A stretch of DNA of 64,000 nt from Selaginella moellendorffii (lineage: Eukaryota; Plantae; Lycopodiophyta), in assembly GCF_000143415.4 (NCBI RefSeq), contig NW_003314265.1, positions 2,212,777-2,276,776 on the forward strand, given 5' to 3'. How positions within the stretch are numbered: position 1 is the first letter of the stretch; each line of letters starts with the position of its first letter. A program made the translations under genes and the position numbers. Under the pieces are notes generated by a model. That model searched no databases, was not told where the DNA came from, and worked only from the letters and a program-made list of their open reading frames with translations. Positions 55,071 to 64,000 of this stretch are shown here, piece by piece.

Positions 55071-56600
55071 CTAAGTTGTGACCAAGTCTGGAATTTCAGA
55101 CTCCACCGCTAACAACGTCGAGTGGACCTTTAGCAACCAATTGTCGAGTCGATCACGCAACGCTGCAATCTGCGGGATTCCCAGAACTCTCGGTTGGACC
55201 CACGAGATTCGGACGGTTCCATCCACCTGATCGATGATGCCTTCGATGAGATGGACCTGCGAGCGAGAAAAGAGAGTGAATGAATCCGCGATCATCGGCC
55301 ATGATTCTAATGCTAGAAACTAATGCTAGACAGTACCGATAGGCTCTTGATCAAGAGATGCTCCACCTCTTCCAGCGGTAGAGTCGTTCGCTCGGCGATG
55401 AGCGCCAGAGGGATGGTCCTCTCGTCGGAGGGGCGGCTGCGAGAGAAAGAAAATGTGGTTGTTTTTACTGTGAGAAGCTTTGCTCTTACCTGAAGATGAT
55501 TTCCATCAGGCACAGTATGTTGATCTTCTCCCACAGCTTCTTCTTGTTCTCCACGAGGGACGGTTGCGCGGACAGAGCGTCTGCCCATCTCTCGCAGAGT
55601 ACTTGGTACTTTGCCAAATCGCCAGTGTTGAACGCCATCAGAATGTGGTACAGCCACTCCACAGAGGAGCCTTGAAGGCTGTTTACCTGAGATAGAAGAA
55701 CAAAAACCTCTCAGTACACGAGGAAAAAAGACGAGAAAGAAACACCAGCTGCTTACTATAGGATGCGCAAGAAGTTCTCCAAAGTTGTAAATGTTATCTC
55801 CTAGGAGCGCTGCCAAGGACAAGTCGAAAGCCAGGTCCTACATACAGACACAACCATAGCGAAAGAGCTTTAGCCCAGAATCAAGCAACAAAAAAAAAAG
55901 ACAGAAAGAAAAAGTGGAGGGAATCTTACCAGCTTGAAGGAATCCGACAGGCTCTCCACTGACGTGTAAGCCAAGTAGAGAAGAGCGCTTCGATAGAAGC
56001 TAGTAAACTCTTGCTTGGACTTGTGGTACTGTGAAGACACCCAATGGACGCTGGCGTGCACCGATGGATCAACATCGGTCATGCTCTCGAGCGTGCTCTT
56101 GCCCTCATCCAGCAGCACCTTGCATTCCTTTAGCTCCCCCTTCTGGAGCTTCAATGCGGCTATTTGCATCTTCACGTACAGCACGGGCTCCTCCACACGC
56201 CTGTCACCAGTCGCCCGGAGCTTGCCAATCACGCCCTCCAAGTAGGAGATCGCTACCTCCTTCTCCTCGTAGTGCTGCGACACGATCACCGCGAAGTGAG
56301 CGAGCTTGAGGTGATTGATCTTGGACTCGAAGTCCGTGATGAATTCGTGGTAGAGATTGATCATGTCATTGCCATCCTGCAAGCAACCCACCATAATATC
56401 ACCAGATTTTCACCAAAATCTCGGGAGAGGGAGCGAGAGGGCGAGAGATTGCCTACCCGGAGGTGCTGGAAGAATTTCTCGAGCTTGAGCGTGAGCTGAT
56501 GCCAGAGCTTGTGCCGGTATAGATGCGCCAGATCATTGTACCACTCGGCAAGATCCGGCTCCAATCGGCTCTGCTGCTCCAGGTACGTGACGGCCGCCAT
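55071..56600 (-). CDS. RPN9: 26S proteasome lid subunit RPN9 (PSMD13), multi-exon
   Basis: LYRHKLWHQLTLKLE, FITDFESKINHLKLAHF, AALLGDNIYNFGELLAHP, VHLIEGIIDQVDGTVRISWVQPRVL. Confidence 0.96.
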
Positions 56601-56821
56601 CGCCACGCAGCGCCACGAGCGCCAAAAACCCTAGCGCCACGAATGCTCCCTCGCGAAAGAGAAAGAACTAAAATTTTAGGGCAGACGTCGGGGTTTCGAA
56701 TCCCCAGCAGCTTAAAACTCCAGAGCATGGTTTCGATTCCCAGCAGGATAACGTAAAGAAGCGGGAATGTAGCACAGCTTGGGTTCTAGGGCTAGGGCGA
56801 AGCTCTTTTCGTCTCTGGGCG
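56601..56821. promoter_or_regulatory. Compact bidirectional promoter RPN9/GCP3 with telo-box-like motifs
   Basis: 221 bp between divergent ATGs; AAACCCTAG at ~56626, TTTTAGGG at ~56674. Confidence 0.55.
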
Positions 56822-59454
56822 ATGGAAGCCGGTGATGGTGTCGCGGGTCTCGTCAAGCAGCTCGTCCAGCGGATTTTCCCGGCGGCCAAGCAGCAGCAGC
56901 AGCAGCAGCGCGGCGATGGCGATCTGGACGCTGTGGCGGATCAAGCCTTCAGGTACGCGATGCGCATCGTGGGATCCCGCATTGTGTCGTCGCTGGCCAG
57001 CGACGAGGCAGCCATGGCCGAGTCTATCAAGCGGCAGCTGGTGATGGAGGGGCGCTCCTCGGACGCCCTCACGTTCGCGGATTTGCACCGCCGCCTGGCG
57101 GCACTGAGCGGCCCGGGCAGCATCGAGAACCGCTGGGCGATGCTCTATCTTCTCAGGGCCGTGGCGGAGGACCAGCGGCGGGAAAGAGCCGAGACGAGGG
57201 GCACGGCGGTGCCGTTCACGTCCACAATCTCCGCCCACGCTGCCGCTGGAGGGCTACCAGCATTGCCGGATTCCACGAACGAGAAGCTTGCAGCAGCACC
57301 TCAAAATGGTGGTGGTGGTGGCGGAGTGCTCGTTCTTGCCAGGGACTCGGACACCGTCAAGGCCACCGCTCTCCGAGAGTTTGGTGATCTTACACAGGAA
57401 TCCTTTGAGCTCTCCGAGGCGGCGCTTGTCCGGGACGTTTTGTACGCTTGCCAGGGGATAGATGGCCGGTACGTAAGGTTTGACAAGGAGGCCGATGGAT
57501 ACATCGTGGACGAGAACTTGAGGATCCCAAGAGCGACGAGGGTGCTCGTCCGGCGGCTCTGCGAAGTTGGCTGGCTCTTCAAGCGCGTCCAGGGGCACAT
57601 CTCCGAGACGCTCGAGCAGGGTACTATGGAGGTGATTGGGACGGTCGGGCAAGCATTGAGCTCGGCGCTACAAGAGGAGCTATCCGAGTACTATCGACTG
57701 ATGGCCGTGCTCGAGGCGCAACTCCACAACCAGATACCGTTCCTGGCCGTAGGAGAGACCGGGAAGAGCGTCGGGAACTATCTCTCGTTGCGGAGGCTGT
57801 GGGTATGGCTGGCCGAGCCTCTGGCACGAATGAGGTTGATGGCTGTGCTGGTTGACGATTGTAAGTGTTTGAGAGGGGGAGCCATGGCCGGAGCCATACA
57901 CGCCCACGCTCAGCACGGTGACCCGCTGGTGAGGAGTTTCATGAGCCGGCTTCTGCGAAGAGTTTGCTCTCCGTTGTTCGAGATGGTGAGACGCTGGGTG
58001 CTGGAAGGCGAAGTGGACGACTTGTATGGAGAGTTTTTCATTCTGGCTCAACCGGTCAAGGCTGAGGCGCTGTGGAGGGAAGGATATAGCTTGCAAAGTG
58101 GAATGCTACCGTCTTTCATTCCAGAGCCGCTTGCTCAGAGGATACTGAGAACGGGGAAGTCCATCAACTTTCTGCGGGTCTGCTGCGAAGACCAGCAGTG
58201 GGCGACGGAGGCCGCGGAGGCTCTGGCGGCTGCTGGAGCTTCTGCCAATGCGGGGAGCCTGGGATACGGAGAGACGGAAGTTCTCGAGACTCTGGTGGTC
58301 GAGGCAGCCGGAAGGATCGACCGTCACGTCATCAAGATCATATACGAGCGCTACAAGTTTCGAGACCACTGCTTGGCTATCAAGAGGTACCTTCTGCTGG
58401 GCCAAGGGGACTTCATTCAGTATCTGATGGATCTCGTCGGACCCGACCTCTCGCAGCCGGCAAACACCGTGAGCTCATTCAAGCTGGCGGGGCTTTTGGA
58501 GAGCGCCATCCGAGCCTTGAATGCACAGTATGACGACACCGAAGTTCTCGACCGGCTGAGAGTAAAGATGATGCCTCACGGCGACGGAGACCGAGGCTGG
58601 GACGTTTTCTCTCTCGAGTACAACGCAAGGGACCCCCTGACGACCATCTTCACCGAGCAAGTCATGGGGAGCTACCTTCGCATCTTCAACTTCCTCTGGA
58701 GGCTCAAGCGAGTGGAGCACGCACTGAGCGCGACCTGGCAGACGATGAAACCGAATTGCTCGCTCGGGCGGCCGTGGACGAGCGTCGTGGACGGGGCCGT
58801 GAAGTCGCAGCTGGTTGCGGTGCTGCGGCGGTGCCAGACGCTCCGGACGGAGATGAACCACTTCGTCACGAACCTCCAGTACTACATCATGTTCGAGGTG
58901 CTCGAGTACTCGTGGGCCAACTTTCTGGAAGAGATGGAGGAGGCCCACGACCTGGACGAGCTGATCGCCGCTCACGAGAAGTACTTGGGATCGATCATGG
59001 AGAAGGCGCTGCTCGGAGAGCGATCCCAGCTGCTGTCCAAGACGCTCTTCACGCTGTTTGATCTCATCCTGCGCTTCCGGGGCCTCGCGGATCGGCTGTA
59101 CGAGAATGCTCGAGAGGTCCAGACCAGGTACGTGAAATACTTTTCTTCCTTCGCTGGTGCTCGAAGATGGAAGTTTTCTAAGTTCCTTTCCTGGCTTGTT
59201 TACTCAGGGGTAGAAACGCGACCAAGCAGCACACCACCGAGTTTTTTGCCACCATGGGCGAAGAGATGGTGGCGATTGCTGCCGAGTACTCGTCGCTGCT
59301 GGAAGGATTTATCGCCCAGCTCCCCGTCCAGCAGCACGTTGATCTCAAGTTCTTGTCCTTCCGGCTGGATTTCTCCGAGTTCTATACACGGCAACACATG
59401 CACACGCCAAATGTCCGGCTCAAGATCAAAAGAACTGCCACTCCAAAGAGCTAA
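56822..59454 (+). CDS. GCP3: Gamma-tubulin complex component 3 (Spc98), 2 exons
   Basis: LVRDVLYACQGIDG, ILRTGKSINFLR, IKRYLLLGQGDFIQYL, GWDVFSLEY, YLRIFNFLWRLKRVE, LQYYIMFEVLE; last exon LKFLSFRLDFSEFY after an intron at ~59128-59208. Confidence 0.96.
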
Positions 59455-59737
59455 GTTTCACTTCACTGTTTCTCTCTCTCTCCCTCTCTCTCTCCAGAGG
59501 ACGAAGAAGAAGGAGAAGAACTTCTCGCTCGTTTGCTCTCTCGGCAAAAAGAAAGGAAAAAATCGGCCCGGCTTTTCTGGTTTTGTTCTTTTTGTAAACT
59601 AACAAGGAAATTGAATTCCCGCCGATTAGGGTTTTTTAAAATTAAACGGACTCGTTTGCCTTTGCCCTAAAAAGTCGAAGGGCGTGACTCCTCTTTGGAG
59701 GGGCAGCTGGAGCTTGATCGATGAGAGCGAATTAACG

Positions 59738-62162
59738 ATGGAGAATCCAACCAAGAGGCCGAGCTCCGCCGACAGCAGCACCAGGAGTAGCAGGATCGGC
59801 AGCGTCAGCGGCGGTGACAAGAAGGGAGAATCCAAGCCGGAGGCCTCGGCATCGGCATCGGGCTCAGCAGCAGTGCCAGCATCGCCAGTAGCAGTAGCAT
59901 CGCCATTGGCGGCGTCGGCAACGCCAGCTCGAGGATCGCGATCGTCGTCCGTGAGGAAGTCGAGCATCTCTCTGCGCGGCGACAAGAATGTAAGGTTCTT
60001 GAACTGTCCTTTGTGCTCCAAGGTCTTCAAGCACGCGGTGGAGACCGGGTGTGGGCACGTATTCTGTGCGCGATGCCTCCAAAACAGCTTCACCAGATCC
60101 AAAGGGTGAGAGACTGTTACTTGATTTTTCTTCTACTTTGATCTCGTGAGAGATAGCTAGAATTTAGTTTGATGCTTGTCCCTTGTGAGCAGTATAGCTA
60201 GAACTTGTTTTTTGATAGCTTTTGTTTGCTAGAACTTTTTTTGCTGGTATTTTTGTTCTCCTGCTAGAACTTTGGTTGCTGATAGCTTTTGTTCTCCTGC
60301 TAGAACTCTATTTGCTGATATCTTTTGTTTTTTTCATAGGTCCTGCTAGACCTTGTTTTGCTGATAGCTTTTGTTTGTTCTTCCTTGCTGATTTTGTTCT
60401 TTTCTTTTCTTTCTTTTTTTTGTTTGACATTGCGCGTTTGCTCATTCTTGTGATGGCTGCTTTATCCAGATGCCCGACGTGTGACCGTCCAATCGAGTAC
60501 GTGCATCCTTGTTTCTTGCTGAGGGAGCTAATTGTCAAGTATGGTGGGAAACGAGGAGCACGCATGCTTCAAACGGAATTCGCACCGTATCAAGACGACT
60601 GCGACATTCCGGACATCGATGATCCCATCATCATCGCTTCACAGTTTGTTGGAGCTGATCCTGGAGGTGAGTGCCACTTTGTCTGGTGGAAATTTTTATA
60701 TTTGTTTTTGTGTTGTTGCTTCCTCCATCCTGCTGCTTATTAAATTACAGGGACGATTCCGGGAATGTGTTTTTGCAGGGACGTGTTCGTGCGTTACCGG
60801 CGGCATCTTTGATCCTTCGGACTTGTATTTTAGTGAGCACCTCCATGATTTTGTGAGCGTGGAGGAGTTTTTGGACACCGTTAAAACGATCAACGAGATT
60901 GTGGCACAGTGAGTCCGTTCTTCCCTTGGTTTTCGATCTCCTAATGACTAAGTCCTCTTGTGTGTCTTGCAGTGCAACGCCTGGGCGTGCACAAACCTGC
61001 ATGAATCGTTACGTTTGCTTCTGCTTGTTTTATGCACATGCGTGAGTACTCTTCGGTGTAATGTCATTCCGATTGAAGTTGTGGTTTTTCGTTGCAGGAG
61101 GAACCTTATCTGCTCAATCCAAAGTGCATTGGCGGACTGCAACGTGAGATATCCAGAGACTGGTTTGTGGTGGACGTTGATGCATCTCGACAGTGATGTT
61201 TATTCGGTAATCCCTTTGAACTTCTTGCTCACGAATACCTCACTTGCGATGAAGTTTTCTGAGCTCAGGCTGGTAATCTAGACAAGAAAATGTATTTGAT
61301 GCTGCGAATTGATCCAGTGAAAGCTCGCAACTATCAACACACGGTGGTAGGTGCGTGCCAGCCTTAGGGGACTTAAAAAATATTGCCTAAGGGGTTTTTG
61401 TGCTCCAGGAGGCTTGAAAGAGGGTGAATTGGCAAGGCTACGAAGAGAGAATGTCCTTTTGAGACATAAAATGCTTGAGATTGGTCAGACGACTTACCTC
61501 CGCGGCATCACTGCAAGAAGGGAGAAGTTGAAAGCTCGTGGAAAGTGAGTTACTCGGTTTTCGTTCTTTGCCAGTATCTAAGTGACTTTCCTTGCTGGTT
61601 TCTCTCAGGTTCCCCCACAGCTTCTATGCAGAATATCCAGGTACCACGACACTCTATCTGCGCAAAACTAAAGTAAAGGAGCTAAGGAAGAAAGGCGAGA
61701 GCGACCACTTGACTCTCCTCTAACATACGGCATGCAGATAGTTATGTGATCTCCCCGCGGACATTGAAGCAGCTCGTACAATTCAGACCAGGAAGATCCA
61801 CCAGAGCGTATTTTTTGCCACCATGGGCAAGGTGCGTGCGGGAGAATAGCTTTTTCCATCTTTTCGCCTCGCCCACATTGCTTGCGTGTGCAGAGTGAGG
61901 TCAATGAGCAGTGGCTTGCTCCCTTTGAACAGAGAAGAAGACTACGTACTGAGCAAGCTGGGCTCGGGGACACTGTCCAGGTCCATGTCTCCGTATAGGC
62001 GGCCTTCTGACGCTTCAGCCGGAGGGAGAAGGAGCGAATCCGGGCCTTCAAACCGCGACTCTATATCATCAGCGGTAAAGAAGCGTCTTGTTTTTTGGTT
62101 TCTTTTTTCTCTTTTTTCTAGCGAATTGTTGACATCAAAACTTCTTGCAGGCTGGAAGATGA
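59738..62162 (+). CDS. C3HC4 RING-finger protein with a putative ERF4/CHIC-like central domain, multi-exon
   Basis: CPLC..CGHVFCARC..CPTC RING split by intron 1; downstream exons splice with canonical sites; 3' end tentative. Confidence 0.7.
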
Positions 62163-62644
62163 CTGATCACCAGAGGCATTTGTTAGAAAAGGCCAGGATT
62201 TTTATTACACAGCTCTAGATGGACAAGGCTGCACAGCAGTAGCAGCAGTGACTGGACTGATGTAAGCGTGAGTTCATGCTTTGGTGACGTCGAGTTTTCT
62301 TTTCTTCCTTGCTGCAGGAGGTGGCTCTTAAAACATTCCGTAGAGTGTGTTCCCACTTCACAGTCTTCACTCCAATGGATTGTTTCCTCGTCTGTACAAA
62401 CACAGCAGTGCACTGAGCCCCTCGTCGAGGCGCGTCGTCTTCGCTTCCCGCGGCCAGAGTTAAAGTTATTTGTCACTTTTTTTTGCTTTCCGCTGTTGGA
62501 TCTCCAAGAGCAGCAGAGCGAGCTTTTGAGCACGCAGCGGCGGCACTTTTGTCTCCTTTCGATCACGAAGGGAGAAGTTATTGGCTCGCTTCATCACAGC
62601 CGAGGGAGATGACGATGACAAGCATGAGCGCGACTGCTCGCACT

Positions 62645-64000
62645 TCAACCAACTGGCGATCTCTTCACGAAACGACCCTGCATAGTAGAAACCGGAAACT
62701 TTTAAACTTGAAACCGGAACGAAAAGGCAGAACACCAGCCTTTAAGCCCAACACGAAAACGAACTCACGATCGGACATGACAACCCAACCATAACAAAAG
62801 CGGCCAGCTAAGATCAAACCAGAAACTAGACCAGCAAAACAAAGACGACAGAAAGGCAAGCAAACGTGATGGGCGGAAACGAACCTTGAGCCGAGGCCGC
62901 CTCTCGGCATTTAGCTTGCGGACTTCATATCTGATCTTTTTGGAGAAGAGGCGAGTCCGACGCTTTTCGCGGTAGCGGGACACCCGTGCTTCGCGTCCTC
63001 CGCTTCCTGTGCTTGCTGCCATTGCTCCAGTCGCTGCTGCCGCCGCTTCTCCTCCTGGTGTTTCCGCATTTGGCCCGTCGTGGAGCTCCATGCGCGCCAC
63101 CACAGGCACTCGGCCTGCCTGTTCCACCGCGCACGGCCGTCCGCTTCGCCGGCTCCCCGCACTGCTCAAGTCTGGAACAACACCAACATCCGAGCTGCCC
63201 TGTTTCAAATGCATCAAACAACCACACCATCAAATCCAGAGATCACAGACACGTAAAAGAAGTTCACATGAAAACTATTAAACACAAAGACCCGAACAAG
63301 CTGGAAAAACGAGATAACCACATCGAACACTAAGATAAGCATAAACAATCACGAGCAAAGCATAGGAAGAAAAGGAGCTTCTAACGACGAGAAACTCAAG
63401 ATCGAGGGAAAAAAGCTTTCCAGACGAGGAGAACAGGACAAACTTTCAACGACAGAAAAATCACGCCGTCAAATCGGAGGCTGCTGACAACAAGACACCA
63501 TATCGCGAGCAATCCAGTAAAAATGTTTAAACGAGCTGACAAAGAATTGAATATGCAACAGCAAGGGAACGAGCAACTGAGCTACTGGCTACCAAACAAA
63601 AGCTCGGACACTAAACAAAGGCAAACAAAGAAAAGAGGGAAAGGAAAGATTAAACAAATGAAGAGAGAAAGTTGAGACTTTCAATCAACGATAAAACAAT
63701 TGTTCATGCGGGATTCGCTGCTAATGCCGAGGAAGAACAATTACTGGAAATCAAAAAAAAAAAAAAAAAAAAGAGCACCACTAAACCCTAAACCCAAGAA
63801 AGCGAGAAGGAAGAACACTTACTGCAGCGTCGGATGTCGAGTCCTCTGGCATCTGATGATTGATTCGCCCCGCCGCCGCTGCCGCCATCGCCGCGGAGCT
63901 GGAATCCGTGAGGAATGGCCGCCGATCCGACCACGCATTCAGCACGTCCTCGTAATCCAGGCGGAGGCAAATCCGGCGCTGCAAATGCTGGGCGTGCATC
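62645..64000 (-). CDS. CONSTANS-like (COL6/7/16-type) CCT-domain protein, 3' portion
   Basis: [13 protein letters not shown] motif, CCT domain [37 protein letters not shown] spliced to [10 protein letters not shown]. Confidence 0.9.

Noticed and set aside
59128-59602. 926-aa single-exon GCP3 as in the ORF track
   Set aside because: The ORF reads through an intron; the conserved C-terminus (LSFRLDFSEFY) is in another frame ending at 59454.
60222-60743. 173-aa very hydrophobic ORF suggesting a membrane protein
   Set aside because: Its hydrophobic N-half is T-rich intronic minisatellite of the RING gene.

Overview
Gene-dense plant nuclear DNA with very short (~45-60 nt) introns, most consistent with a lycophyte such as Selaginella (inference from intron size, gene density and gene content; not verified). 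It holds about 21 protein genes: 3' part of GCN1/ILITHYIA, an LRR-malectin receptor kinase, dirigent, kinesin-14, TRAPPC5, PnsB4/NDF6, a JMJ13-like demethylase, a P-class PPR, an FCP1/SCP-like phosphatase, POP5, an SBT2-type subtilase, NAA50, MFP1-like, TOM1-like, two cystinosin paralogues, RPN9, GCP3, a RING protein and the 3' part of a CONSTANS-like gene, plus one candidate micropeptide. There are four tRNA genes (Thr-TGT and three Gly-TCC). A ~16 kb insert between the two cystinosin copies appears to be a nested transposon pile (Copia > LINE > solo LTR > two-LTR non-autonomous element) followed by a decayed PLS-class PPR pseudogene. Most unusual observations: (1) a tRNA-Gly palindrome of ~450 bp that fills the shared upstream region of the PPR and phosphatase genes, with a third tRNA copy 43 nt before the PPR ATG; (2) a RING protein apparently fused to an ERF4/GOLGA7/CHIC-like cysteine-rich domain; (3) a duplicated splice acceptor in NAA50 that would act as a poison exon; (4) a cystinosin paralogue altered in a conserved transport helix. 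Family assignments come from recalled motifs, not database searches.
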